Program-made: the position numbers and the translations under genes
In this document: positions 34,801-48,300 of the stretch, piece by piece
How positions within the stretch are numbered: the stretch's first letter is position 1
Layout of the letters: every line of letters starts with the position of its first letter
Assembly: GCF_001949145.1 (NCBI RefSeq)
Contig: NW_019091356.1
Span: 1,925,667-1,989,666, forward strand
Source of the DNA: Acanthaster planci
Lineage: Eukaryota
Direction of reading: 5' to 3'
Length of the DNA stretch: 64,000 nt
Notes under the pieces: generated by a model
What the model saw: the letters and a program-made list of their open reading frames with translations, nothing else
Told to the model about the DNA's origin: nothing
Databases searched by the model: none

Positions 34801-37800
34801 AGGGCCGAGCCAGACAACCACAAAGTTATTTGTCATTTCATCATGAGCGAGGAATGCACGGATCCTTGCTTGCAAGCTGTCATTATTCGACTTGACCTTA
34901 AAGTGTAGTTGATGAGCCTGGCAGAACTAGAAACCGCAATACCAGCCGGGACAGAATTAACATCGGGCAAAACTCTTTCACTGTGATGAGTAGGTTGGAG
35001 GTTGCATCATATTATAGAAGCACCCTGCAAACATTTCCTATATAGCTTATATGAACAAAAAGTTGTTAATGTAATCCACTTTAAAAGCAAAGTGAGCCAA
35101 TTAGCTTCAAATTTCTACAATTAGCTCCCTAAATCTATAACTAATTTACTTTAAGAATATCAACCAACACAGTTGGCTCTATACTCATTAAAAAAGCTGC
35201 TCATAAAATGGACACAAACAGCATGTTTCATGGGCCGCATGTAATCTGATTTCCAAGCTTCGAAAACAGCAGAGAGTAAAGGCCCCCACGTGATGCCCTA
35301 CATGTTTTCCATGACCCAACCTCGGATGATTTTGGTCCAGACAGTTATCCAAACATCACGCAATCTCTCTCCAAGGTTAAGGCGCTCAGTGAGGATGTGA
35401 CCGTCGCGTGCAGCGAGGACTTTAAAGAAAACGAGCAATGAACTGTCATGTTCTTCTCTTTGTTCTTCCAGAAATAAAGGCATGTCGTGTAATCAATCCA
35501 CTGCATTACGTTGGGCCCTCAATTCTCTAGACTAAGTCCTCACAATCCAAAACAAACGCACAAAAGGGAAAATGACAGCAAAGTACAGGAAATCTTCACT
35601 GTTCTCAACAACTCAAAGCGAGACAGCTAGCTCAATCGAAGATAAAATGTGTATTGGTATCCCAAATGTGGATTTAGCTTGACGGAATTCAGCGTGCAAA
35701 TCAAATTGATTTCTCCACAGAATACATACATGATTAGAAGTTCCAAGTACTCTTCAAAATGGTGAATAAAATATGAAATTCAACTAACTCTAGATCGTCA
35801 TCGATCATCAACTGGATTTGGTTCCATTATTCTTACAATCCAAGCAACTGAATTTGATTTTTTGCCAAAAATTTGGCCCAGTATTTTTAATAATTACAAG
35901 ATTAAGTCTTAATCGAAACAGGAACATTCAATTTTTCTTTCAAGGTCTTCTTTAAAAAAATTAGTCTTTTTTCTAATCTGCTTCCAGCGAAATCCTTGGG
36001 CTTACGGGTGTTAAGTTTCACGAAGGTTGCTAAGTACATGACATTCTTCACCCTTGGTCTTCGTAGCGTTTGCATTATGCGTCGATGTGCTTTCTCAATA
36101 TCTGAAAAATTTGTTAGCGAATCTTTCCCCGGCAATTTCAAGATGGTCCATCTTAACGCGAGGACATCTGGCCCATGAAGACCTTGACCGGGACGGGAAA
36201 TATTTGTTTAAATGTGAAGTATAATTAAGCACAGAGCGGTAAACGCATAGAAGCCAGAGTCTCCAAGGTTTGCCAATTCTTGAAAACTTCCTGCTGCTTG
36301 AAAGAGGGAAAATACATGTAAGTCTACATTTCCTGTACTCCTTAATAATTCCAATAAGGGGTGATATAATCACAGAGAAATGAGAACATTCCATCACATC
36401 CATACTATTTGCTTTATGGAGGAGGTCCCATGCGGCAAACATTGCACAGCGCAAATTTCCTGCTACCATCTACGTCAAGAAGCTTTCCAAAGAGTTTAAG
36501 TTACCTCATAACCGTGCCTCTTTTTCCTCAAGTTCTGAAAGGTCTCGTTAAGTCAGGGTACTTTCATATGACAATCATCACATTACATGCATGGCGACAT
36601 TGAAATGCTGACAACAGCGGAAGGAAAATGGTGGTACCACTTCTTGGTGACGATGCAACGGATTACAATAACATACCAAAACAACAGCACCCTCGTTCAT
36701 TCAAGAGACAAAGAACAGACGCGAAAGACATTGAAAAGACAGCTGAAAAACCGCATTTTAAAATTGGCACGTTCTTTCACGAACCAATTTCACCATTCTC
36801 GGAATGGGCTGGGCAGACGAATGACTCCATAATGAAATGTGCGTCCATATGGACTTTGTTTCAGAGCCAAGATCATGCTTCGACATTTGCAAACACATCC
36901 ACTGTCAAGCATTATTCCTGTAGTTAACACTACTTTCCGCTCTGATGTGTGAATGATAAATGAATAAATTAAATGTACAATTAGTATGGTCAATCAGTTT
37001 TTAGATGATTTTCCTAAAAGTGAAATAGACCTAGTCGGGCTGAAGTCATCTGTCCCGCGTCAGCCTCTATCCACAACACGGGCGATCTGTTTAGCTGTTA
37101 TGGGCCGAACCATGTGTTCAATAGATGGGCCAAACAAAGCTTGCCTCACGCAGACTAGGCGTGGACAGACCACGGACGTGTATAATAAAATCTGGACTCG
37201 CAATGCCCTTAATCAGCTTATAGAGTCATTGAATCCACTCGCGGCCATTTTACCGAGCCGAATACAAAGCTTTCCTGGTAATGCCCGCTTTTGTTCTTCC
37301 TGACGTCAATAGTAGGGAGCCAACCCACGCCTTTGTATTCGGCTCGGTAAACTGGCCGCTGGTTGGCTTCTTTTTCATACAAAGGCGTTGCAAGTCCAGG
37401 TTTTTTTTATATACGTCCGTGGGACAGACCAGAACCTTCCACAAGACAGGTCGACGGGTGTTGTTCAATCGCAGTTGTCTTAATATATGTCAAAAGGCTT
37501 GAATTCTCTCTGGGGCAAATCGGAACTCCGCGTCTCGAAAGGCTGGTGTTGTTAGACGTCTGGAAAATCCCAGCCGACTAAGCTGTTCATTGAGCCGCCT
37601 TCCGCTCTCAAATGCGTTTATTGAAGGCTTAATTCGATGGTCAAGGGCAGAGTGGATTTTTTTCCCCAACTTTTATTAGATTCTTAATAACGCAGGGATT
37701 TATTTCACTTGAGACACTGGCTTCCAGAACCATTATGCGTATTTGCGTCTCAAATCCTAGTAATATTTGTACAGATCCACAAATTGAAAGGCGGCCCAAA

Positions 37801-40125
37801 ATATGGGAACATTGTCTTGAACTTGTGGTACGTGCAGTTTTGAGATTACGTCGTATAGATTAAAGGTCAATCAAATAGCAGGTCACTCAAAGTTCCCAAA
37901 TTAGTTGTCAAGGCGGGAACTCACCCACGGGTTTAATCCTGCGCTGAAAGCCGGTCTGTTTCCTCTTGGAATTGGAATCCGGTCATTTGTATTCAAATAC
38001 CAAACGCCCTGGCGCGACAAAAATCTTGGCACTTAGTAATTTTGCTATACACAGTACATAGAAGATTACACAGATATGGGGACCACTTTCCAAGGTCTCG
38101 GAACTTCGAGGACTTGCAAATTACCGGTACTGCATGTAGGCCTATGCAAAGAAAAACTCATGGTATTGAAGTGATGTAAAATGAGAGAACACGCGTGCAG
38201 TTATTTTTCCTTTATTCATTCCAAATTACACTGTAAACGCGTCAACTGGCCGAGTTCCATCATTCACTATGAGAAATAGACCAATCGAACCCCAACTTGA
38301 GGTCAGAGTCAGTGGTTTTTGACGATATTACAAGACCAGAGCTCAGTGCTGTACTTGCCAGCAAACAATTAGCACTGCCCAGCTTGGCGGGTTTAACGAT
38401 GCCCCTGGGTTTGTGGGAAATTCCGCGACCCAGGGCCAAAAACAGGAGGGGGTTTGTATTCTTTGTGGGGCTGGAACTTCCGTAGCCGATGGACTCAGCC
38501 GAAGAAAAGTGAAGGGAAACTCTGATCAGGCAAACTAAATAATGAAATATCCGGCTGGAATTAGACGTAGGCTAAGCTCACTGGTGATATTGGTAAAACA
38601 ATTTCCCTATTAACAAAACTGAATTATTTCCCCTGTATGAGGTACGTGACCTCATGAGGATCTCAGTGTGCACATTACTGAATCTGCAACCTCATGTTTA
38701 TGTGGTCTTATGTAGATGATACCCACGCACGTTTATGATTTTATTCCGTCTTCGAGGGATAGGGTATAAAAACCCTCTCCAGACCTAGAGTGCGGCCAAG
38801 GATGTTTGCCTGTGAAAGTTATTAAATTATTCACACGATATGACAATCGCGTGCATTCGGAAGTATGGAAGTTGGCGTTGCTGATTTGCGTCGTAAACCT
38901 AATGTCAGAAACATCCGGAAACTATGACTGCTATTCCGCACACGAAGATTATTTTTACATGTAGAAGATAGGATCTAGATAGGAACTAGATTTCACGAGG
39001 CCACTCTCTTTCCCGCATTATCCCCCGCAAGGGGTGGATTCTTCATAAAGAAGACCTTTTTTCAAAAACTGAATTTTTGTTTAGATCAACTGGAGTCTCA
39101 TCCGTTAACAGTTTCACCCGACCACATTGAGCTTGTGTCATACTTGTCTCCCGCCGTATTCTTTTGTTCCAAAACCCACATTTTTGATCCACATTGCTTG
39201 TGATTCGAGTCGAGAATCAGCTTGGGCCCACGATGAAAATGAAGCACATCATGCGGCCACGCAAGATTAAAAGTTGCGCTCAAGATGAAAACAGAGGGAC
39301 ACAGAATGTGTGCAATGTACACGCAGAGGGCTGCATTTGAAAGTGATCAGAGCCACATATACAGGTGTGACATGAGGTCGTAATCATATCTAGTAATACC
39401 ATTTTGCTCCCAAATAGTTTGCTGTGTAGCTTCATGTCGCTTGAACATGTCGATCAGAAAATGCATGGCAAAAGACGATCAAAGTTGGACAGTATTCAGT
39501 CTGCTGATTGTTCTCTGCGTGAAAAAAACACCAGCATGCCCACTGAAGTGCGCAAACAGTGGCTGACTTTGGAACTGAGGTGGCCCCTCATCCGAAGATG
39601 TCTCGAATCTCTCCCAAATATGTTGCTCGAGGGTAATCAATTAGTCACACCCACTTATGGAGAAGCCGCAAGTTTATACTGCAATCCTATTTCAAGCGTC
39701 GAGGTTTGATTCGAGCGTGGGAGGAGATCAGGTTTAGTGAAATAAAGTTCGCAGGAGCTTTTTTTGTGTGGTGTCGCAGCTTGGGGGGGAAGCGCTGAAA
39801 AATGAGTCTTTATGCGAAACTTGTTTGAAAGTGTTACCCCTGAAACCTCGCATCCAAGAACTGACGGGCTGCAGAAACATCACTAAATTGCCAATTTATT
39901 CAATCAATTGTTTTTATGAATTACCGAAACCCACCGTTCACTTTGATCCTGGCCCCTCCAGGCACCACCCGTCAGGGAGAACTCCTCGTAGGCCTGCTGC
40001 AGCTGGTCCAGGTGGATGCTCTCCGGAGAGACATGCAAGACGAAGCCCAGACACACCGTCATGCCAATCATGACTAGCAGGAGCAGTTTCTTACACCGTC
40101 TGCAGGTGGACCGTCGAAGGAGCAT
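22573..40125 (-). CDS. ST8SIA3: Alpha-2,8-sialyltransferase, ST8Sia III-like (GT29), ~385 aa; coding exons 40125-39935, 25727-25620, 23890-23330, 22870-22573
   Basis: Type II N-terminus (basic tail, then LLLLVMIGMTVCLGFVL); stem KWSFNKE; sialylmotif L [31 protein letters not shown]...DVG; TFNPSIIEKY; RTLLDFF; QLAFPGN; motif S STGLLMYNMASALCDEIHMYGF; motif VS HALPDE; C-terminal Cys. All three introns are phase 2 and exons total 1158 nt. Subfamily call rests on recalled ST8SIA3-specific motifs. Confidence 0.88.
23330..23890 (-). CDS. ST8SIA3: ST8Sia exon 3 (sialylmotif L)
   Basis: catttag|A AAA GAC ATG ... TCA GA|gtacgt; 561 nt, phase 2-2. Confidence 0.93.
24025..24715 (+). repeat. Dispersed repeat family, copy 2 (in ST8Sia intron, interrupted by a MITE)
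   Basis: Colinear with 19120-19615 apart from a 170-bp insertion at 24211-24380. Confidence 0.85.
24211..24380. mobile_element. Palindromic MITE nested in repeat copy 2
   Basis: Arms of about 60 bp include a perfect ACAATAGTGCGCCTCCAAGAGTTTGCAAC / GTTGCAAACTCTTGGAGGCGCACTATTGT pair. The empty site in copy 1 (CCCAGAATTTAC) implies an AT duplication. Confidence 0.85.
25620..25727 (-). CDS. ST8SIA3: ST8Sia exon 2 (stem)
   Basis: tgcag|A TCA GAC ... GCC AG|gtgggc; SDNQDDEPENDSAKARLDAILSHKWSFNKEAAEEAR; 108 nt, phase 2-2. The KWxFN motif matches the ST8Sia III stem. Confidence 0.85.
39935..40125 (-). CDS. ST8SIA3: ST8Sia coding exon 1 (cytoplasmic tail and transmembrane anchor)
   Basis: MLLRRSTCRRCKKLLLLVMIGMTVCLGFVLHVSPE...SE CG|gtgggt; the phase-2 donor matches exon 2. 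It is the only type II signal-anchor ORF seen upstream. Confidence 0.75.
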
Positions 40126-43100
40126 CCTGGAGGCCACCTTGTCTGGCTCCAGGGCCGTCTGTCAGTACAGTCCGTCCGTTCGTCCCGGCCTCTGATCCTC
40201 GGTATGTCGCACCACCGCCGTTATAAACAGGTCAGTGTTCCACGTCAAACTGCTGACTATTCAAAGTTGTGGTACGGTTTGCTGGGAGTGCACAGACTGG
40301 TTTGAAATGTGTAAAGATATTCGCAAGACGGCTTCATCAATTTCTCTCCCCGACCCACTGAGATCGGCATTTGAATGCAGGCTCAGCTTGAGGCTGTAGT
40401 TTTGGCACTCAACTCCACAGACTTTTGGGGTTGAATCTGTAGTCTGAAAAACTCTGCAAATGTGCTCCTCTATACAAGGGCTGTTCGCGTGGGGTTTTGC
40501 GGGTCACGTCGCCAATGAGCATATCACTACCATTTATACACGGCTTCATTAGCAAAAACTCTCAATCATTCACCAAAAACAAAGTCGGACAAGAACTAGG
40601 TCCAGGGTATCTGCACTGATTTTTCCAACGAAGATATATGCCGATAATTAGGCAAATGTTATATATTACATACACTTCTGAGCCAGAGACCACCTTTACC
40701 TGTGCGAGGTTTATCCAGTATTCATGCTGCAGTGGAGCGCAGATTCGCAGTTTCATTCAGAATAGTTCCTTTCAAGAGATGTCTTACTAACATCGAAGGT
40801 CGATGTGCGTGCGCATTCCGTAGGTGTCAGCTGGCATTGTGAGGCGTGTTGATCCACTCAGCAATTAAATACATCCCGAGTCGCAAATGAAACATTATAT
40901 CGAGGACTCACTTCCAAGTTCTTGACCTCTGTGCTGGTGGGCGGAGCCTGAGCGCTGGCCCTGAAGCAACGTCGGTGATGATGCGAGTGGAGCGAGTCGG
41001 TTGACGGTCGGTGCACTCGCGGGACGTCCGGACGATCCAGCTCATACAAGAGGGGGAGGAAAGTTGTAACAGCAGTGACTTTTTTTATTTTGTGGGATCA
41101 CGCAGATGTGTGATCACGTATAGGATTTCTTGAAAAGAGGGCCCCTAAGCCGCTTCTTCCAAGTAGCCCACGAAGCATCATTCTCGATAACTTAACTCCC
41201 TCCACTTGGAGCACTCTCATGTTCCTATCACGTCACCGACGTCATGCGTAGTTGAATGGCAAAGCAGAAACGAAGACGTCACAGTGGCCCCGACTTGAGT
41301 CAAGTCTATCGGGGGCCACAAATATCGTGCACCAAATTGCGATCCCAGACAGAGTCGGGTTCTGCTGTCCAATACTGATTTGATAGATGAATATATATCT
41401 GAAAACTCAGCGGGACCGAGCATACACGGCGGGGTACCATGCATCTGCTGGATCTCGCGGAACAGACGTAATCGTTGTTCGTCTCTAAAACAAAAGAAAA
41501 CCGCAAGATCTCAGCAGGCGGCACTGTCTTTTCTGTTTAGATGATTCGATGTGATGGGAAGAGAAAAATGAGACATTTTCTGCGCGCTGCGGGTGACGAA
41601 AACATGCTGACATTCAAGTTTGGATTCTCCTTGATGACGTCGAGATTTGTTCGAATTAAAGCGAAGGCCCAATGTATGACCCCAAGTTGGCGGGCGTTCG
41701 AGTGATGATGTCGGGTACGGAGCCCTGAGCGGCCCTGTGTCACGCCAATGTCTTCGTGTGTGATGTGATTTCTAATGCGATTGCAGATAATTCAAAGTTC
41801 AAGTACGTTATTGTTATTCCATATTGAAAAATTTAAGGAGCTTAGTCTCGTGAAGATAAAGACCGTCAGCCTGGCTCTGTTTGGCGGCGACATAACCAGA
41901 TTGTAAAACCTAGGGGTCGGAATCGTAACAGTTTCTTCAGCTAATTCAATTTTGTTGGCCTGGAAAAATATGTAGTACACCTCCACTGGGGTGCTTTTAT
42001 ATATGCCAAACTACCGGGATGCTTTTATCATAGTTCCTCGGATTTGAATTCTGAAAAAGAGGATTAGGCAAACTTCCCCAGATAAATACGAGCCCAAATT
42101 ACGCTAATGTCGTTTACCTTGCTCGAACGTCGGGAGCTGCAGAAAATAATTTAATTTTACCTCACTCAGCCATTTTGGGGGGTTGAAAGCCATTACCGGA
42201 TGAACTCTGAAAAGTAAGGAATGCAATCAAGAAGAAGGCGACCTGGACGATTTCCCTTAAAAGACAACTAGGGTTAAGCATCTTATTCACCCATCGCGTC
42301 CATGCCCCCCTCTACGTGGGAAAACTCAACCGCACCGCTTGGCCTCGCCCGTGCCGTTGGCCTTGCCTCGACCTATAGTTCTCCCCAGTCCCACATCCCA
42401 AATTCTGTGACAGCGGCAATTTCTCATGCTTAGTTTTCCTGAAGGAAAATCAAAAATCGCCCTGCCTAGTTTCAGGCATCATTTCCCGGACCTAATTTGA
42501 CGGTATTAGCTTTTCTGGTCGGCGGATAGATTCGATTAAACTCCCTAACCAAGCTGTCTGGACATTTTGCTCTACCTGACCGAGACCAGCTGGGAAAACT
42601 TGTACAGATCACGTATCGGTACAACGTTTGTCCTTGTAAGTAGGGCGTGGTCGGAGTTTGACGTCTGAGTTGCGCAAATCATGGCACTGACTTTAAGGGC
42701 AGGGAGAGTGGCTGATCCAGGGGGAGATAAGTGGGGGACACATTAATGATGTAACTGTGAATTAACCAAAGCACGAAAATTCACGAACCCTACCTGGAGC
42801 GATAACCTTTCCCTTTTTTTAATACTTTCCCAATGAGAGAATCACTTCTTCATCTTGCGTGTGAAGAATTAATCACTTGTTTCTTACTACTGTTTGTAAT
42901 TAATGATGATTAAATTATTTGGTATGCGACTTGGTGCAAGTTAACCAAAAGCTCAGGGCCTGACGTATTGATTTTTAAATCTTGAGGAAAATGGAAATTT
43001 CAGATGAATGTTAACTAATTCTGAGATGATTCCACGAAAACGTCGCAAATTCTTTTCAATTTGTAAACTGTTCAAAAAAGGGGGCTCTGATACAATGTGA

Positions 43101-45269
43101 TCATTTCACTCCAAACGGACCCTTATCCAGGCCAAAGTTGGATATCCCTGGACCAACTCGAGATAACGGACGATGATTACACATCCTGTCTGAATAGCAG
43201 CGGACAGTCTGCGTCTTGATTCAGAGCGATCGCATACAAATTGTGATTGAGTGCCGTGTAATCCCTCGCTGAAAGCACACTCCCGTTTCGTCATCCCAGT
43301 TAGCCCCTGGCCTGTGTACATGTATACAGCCCCATGTATATAACACACTGTCTCCTTTACACTTCATCTCAGCAACAAGAAGAGGGCGACTGAAGAATAT
43401 GGATGAGAGAATGTCGAGTGAGTCCGCAGCTAGCTATGAATGGTACCCATCTCTGGATTTCTCTTTGTCTGTAGGCGCACGTCACTCTCCGAACGCGCGC
43501 CGGCAATATCGGCCGATTCTCTGCATATTGAAGGCGTTGCCCCCGTTGAGTTTAACCGCGGCTAGCCAGCCGCAAGTTCCTGTTTTCAACCTTCGGGCAC
43601 ACGCGCTTTCCCAAAAAAAGTCTTCTTTGCCGGTAGTGATTCTCCAGCATCCTTCCACTCGTGATTTTTGAACATACCTCACGTCGCATTGGCATATCTC
43701 CCTGTGACTCACAATATAGTTTTAAGTTTAAAATGGAACTAAAAAAATAAAACTCAACCTGAGATGTCCCTTCTTATATTTTCCTTTTTCATTGACATAG
43801 GCAAGGACATTGGGTCACTTGTTGGTCAAAACATACTCAAGATATGTCTACAAACATTTGGTAAAAGACTAAATATTTAGGTACCTTGGTAATATCGAAA
43901 TAATATTCTGTGAATTAGGGCGTGGCACCCCTTTGTAATTATAATATTCCAGAGAAAGAGCTATAGCTAAGTATTCTCCTGTCCACTGTTGGCAGGTTCC
44001 ATTCCATTCCGTAGGGATGGCGGGTTCACACGTTTTGAACACAAGGACAAATTATGTGAAAGCCCTTTAACTTCCTAGCAAATAACATCATGATGGGCTC
44101 ACGTCCAAGCCGAGGAACCTTGTGAATTTTCGCATGAGCTCACGGAGGGCATTTACTGGATAATGTTTATTATGATATCACCAAAGGCCTGCAAAATATA
44201 AAACGTGGAGTCTTTGATCCGGTCAGCACTTCGAAATGTCAGTCTGGTGTTGTTTGGTTATATTCAGAACTCTTCAAAGAGCGACCACAGAAAAAATGAA
44301 ATCTGAATGTGTCGTACGACCCTTCTCTGGCATGACACACACAGAGCAGCACCGTGGGGGAAACTTTGTCCCCCCCCGACATGTTACCCTTTGTAAAGGA
44401 ATTGAAAGTGCTATGCCTAACACTTTGGAAACAGAACTACCACCATTTCGGGGGGCAGCTGTGAGAATTCTTTTACTGATGAAAAAATCCGGAAAGTCGT
44501 AGAACAAAATCCCATTTTGCCTACCTAGAAACTAAACCTGGGCATGCCACTGACACAGAAACTAGTTTTAGTATATGTCTGAGGACCTATAAACTTTAAC
44601 ATATCCCATGAGACTGTGTATACGAAACCCTTCCGAGGACTTAGGTCCTCGCGCAATCGCTCTATATTACGACTCGGGCAAAATAATGTACATCTATGTA
44701 ATCTTTCGGCGCAAGAAAAGTCCTCGGTAACTGAATAGTACATGTACGTACCAGGATCGATGTGCAGGACCCACTAGCATGTTCTAAAAATACAGAAACC
44801 ATTATCTTGTATAATAAATTGAATCTTGCTGATTCGACGTTGCACCTTGGTAGATCGGCGCTTCAATCGATCATCGGGGTGGTGGCAGTCAAGGGTCAAT
44901 CACAGGGATCATGGGAATGAGGTCACGGACACGCGGTCCCCTGAGAACCCCCCTCCATACATCAAAGTGTCAATGTGGGCTCTAGCGTTTGCAGGTAACC
45001 AAAAAAATGGGGTCACGGGCGTTATAGGAACCCTGGGGATCAGGACCGATAGCACCCATCTTGATCGCTGTCCAAGGGGCCACAGGTGGAAAAGAAACTG
45101 AAATCAGTGTTTGTTTAACACCCGCTGCTCGCTGTTGGAGGCAAGAGGCCGATGGGTACACCATTATAAAGTCCTGAACCTCAACCCAGGGATCTTGTTA
45201 GAGAGAAAGTAGGACATGCGTTCATGAAGGTTCGCTACACTGTAAGGGCCTCGAGGCTCGAAAGGATGC

Positions 45270-45369
45270 GGCTTAGATCTCGGTTTTGCTGGTTCTAGTC
45301 AGAGCTTGAATAATGTGGTTTCAAACGCTGCTTCAAAATGGCTGGAACCAGCGAAACCAAAGTCTAAGC
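45270..45369. repeat. Inverted repeat (hairpin or small MITE)
   Basis: Left arm GGCTTAGATCTCGGTTTTGCTGGTTCTAGTC; reverse complement of right arm GGCTTAGACTTTGGTTTCGCTGGTTCCAGCC. Confidence 0.65.
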
Positions 45370-48300
45370 CCAATCCACTCGTTTCGAAAACGGGCACCAG
45401 TCTTGCGCGTATAACCGTGATTCTAAAAAAAAAAAGAGCAAGCAACGGGCGAAACGATGGACGGCAGCGCGTTCAGTGCGAATTGCGCGTGACACACTTA
45501 GACTGCCTGTATTAATTTTGTTTACATGTGCTCGCAATATACTTTTTCACTCTATGGCACGGTATTACTATCTCTTCTTTTCAAATGTTACAACCGCATA
45601 GTTTCAAATCTTCGTGGACCAGATCAAGTAAACAGGATTTTGTTCACAATCGAAAAACGGCTTCATAGAATTTTATGGCTTGAATTCTTCAACTGTGCGT
45701 AAATTCCCTATACCAAGGGGTGAGTTTGTCCACGCTTTTGGATTTAGTCGGGTGCTGTCTCGGCTACGGTACCCCGCCGTTGTTTTGAATGGGAGCTGCC
45801 CGTCTGTGTGTGTATATGTCTGTGGGCTCCCTTGGGCGGTACTGAACTTCGCTGGTTCACGAGTGACTAGGAAATGCACGGTCGCGTTGCTACCATCAAC
45901 AAAATGAACACTCCCAACTAACGCGGTTCTTTTCAACCGATGAGGGGGTGCTTCTGCTCGAGGCAGATTCAATGAAGGACCCATTGTCACTGACGATCGG
46001 TAATGGAAAGCTGTTATTACACATTACGAGACGGAAACCAGTCTGGTATGCAAAGCATTGTGTTACTGAAAGAGCCGAAGACACAAAGAACTTGGAGGCA
46101 CTCATAGTTACAACCATGCTTGTCTGTGACATCATACCCAATGAGATCGTCTCTTGGCCAGAACGCGCGTCGGCAAAGTGCACTCTTTGAAAAATCGCAG
46201 AAGTTTAGAAATTCCTAGCCCTCTCAGTGTAAAGGCTCGTATGCTCACCCGCGCGGGAACGGGATTCCGTGCGATAACATTTAGAGCACACGGTTTTCTA
46301 ACACATACGTTATGTACATTCAGGGCGGACAAACCTCGCCATTTTTCAAAAGACACCGCGCTGCGCGTCCTGATCAGCTTTCTCGTTTGGTGTGAAGTCA
46401 CAGTCTGGCTGTTATGTCCTTGCTGTTGCGGAATGTCATTAACAGAAATATTGAATGCATTTTCCATTTCTGTGGCGGTAAAATATGCGGCATTACTGCT
46501 TTACGTTATCGCAAGCGTGTGTAAGTGGGCCTTACACTCTCTCACAGGAAACCATTGTGTCCGAAATTTTGTGCCGCGTGGAGTATCTTTTACACGTATA
46601 TCGGTCCCTTAATGTAAACTGCGTGTATCGCGCGGCATGCCACTTTCCGTAACCGCTTGTCGTTACCGCTCGAATGTAATTGGCCCATGGACGATTACAC
46701 ACGTTCAATTTACGTGTAATTGTACACTTCTCCGACGATCTTGCACAACAGTCTTCCTTCTTGTCGTGAACAAAATCGCCTAAAACTGCACGCGTTTTAC
46801 CACTTGTTGTTTCTAGGTGTCTGTCTTCGAGGAGAAGAAGAAGGCTGGCTAGCCAGTTGCCTGAAGGGGATAAAAATTTCCAATGTTGGCTGACAAAACA
46901 GCAAAATACTGTTGTGGTAGGGTTAGCCTCACGTGATACACGACGCCACGAGTCAGCGCCGACAGAAAAATTAAAGTTGGGATAAATGAGTCTTTATTTT
47001 CTCTGTAGGACTTGGAAGGTTTGCAGCACGCGCGTATCTGGAGAGCTTCAATTTCGATCAGTTGGATTTGTTCTCTCTAAGAGCATAAAGAATGGTTATG
47101 TGCTACGAGGAAATATGCAGAAGAAACTTTACCTTACCATTTCTTAGGGAAAAAATCAAGATATCTATGAGCTTACAGACTTTTTGTAGCCACACTGGGT
47201 ATCTAATCCTCGGTTTATAAACGGTTATTTCACAGCTTAATTCCAAAATATACCGTCCATATACATCGACTACTGATTGATACCAGATAAAATTTTGCCA
47301 TAAGATGTAAAACCTTTCCTCGCAACGTTTATTGTCAAGAGGCTTTGAGAAGTGAATTCTTGCCCCCCCCCCCAAAAAAAAATGAGTTCCCAATTCACGC
47401 AACAGGATAAGCATGGCTCCTTCCTTCATTCGTGCTCAGACCAACTCTGACATTTCTATCGAGTCGTTTAAGTCACACCACCCAGCGCCCGATCGCGTCT
47501 GTAATGAGAAGAAAGAAGATGGGTGCGTCAATAAGAGAGCGCATTTCGAGTCGTGACTTCTGAAAGGTCGCGGCGACCCTGGCCTTGGTCTTTTACCTCG
47601 AATTACAAGAACTCTAATTTTAGAATACAGAGAGACGTGACTCCAGTTCGCGGTTTCGGCTCGCGCTTCGTTAAAGATGGCTCATCCTTAAAGTGACATG
47701 GAATCGAGATATCTGCTTATATGGGCATGATGATATCGGCAGATTGAGACGGTGTTTTCTTCGCAGTTGAGAAGAGCGAGGCCTATCCGCCTTTAGCAGA
47801 AGCACCCCCTCATCGGTCGAAAAGACCTATGCTGGCGAGGAGTGTATGTTTGTTTGATCGCGTAGGCCTACGCCATGCATGCATTTCATAGTCGTTCCGT
47901 GAACCAGCGAAGTGTGGTGTTTCCCTCTCAGGAGGAACCTCTCTAAAAACATCCCCCATCTGAAGAGAATTCCTGAGATACCAGTATAACAATGACCAAC
48001 ACAAAAGCGGGGGGGGGTTCTCTCTGTGCCATAATTTGCTTCATATTGGAGCCTCCGTTGCTATAGGGAAAATCTCGCCCTCTTTTGGTTACACTCGGGG
48101 CCCATAGTCGTCACAGCCTGCGACTTGGAAGTTCCTTCGCTATTTGGTTACTCCTTCAGCAAGCCGTTCAATATTCACAAAGCCTGTCTAGCTGTCCACG
48201 TAGGCACACACACAGGTGTAAAGACAGCGACATCTACGTAGGAGTAACATGCGATAGACGCCGCATCCCATCAGGGGTGGATTTCACGCTAGAACGGTGA

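Noticed and set aside
35902..37581. Cluster of short ORFs in the ST8Sia intron
   Set aside because: No motifs and inconsistent strands; possibly TE debris but not supportable.
40505..40545. CCAAT/TATA promoter for ST8Sia
   Set aside because: On the minus strand the CCAAT element lies downstream of the TATA-like sequence, and the TSS is unknown.
45673..46612. Cluster of overlapping 75-152 aa ORFs
   Set aside because: No recognisable domain or splice-consistent structure; ORFs on both strands fit chance.
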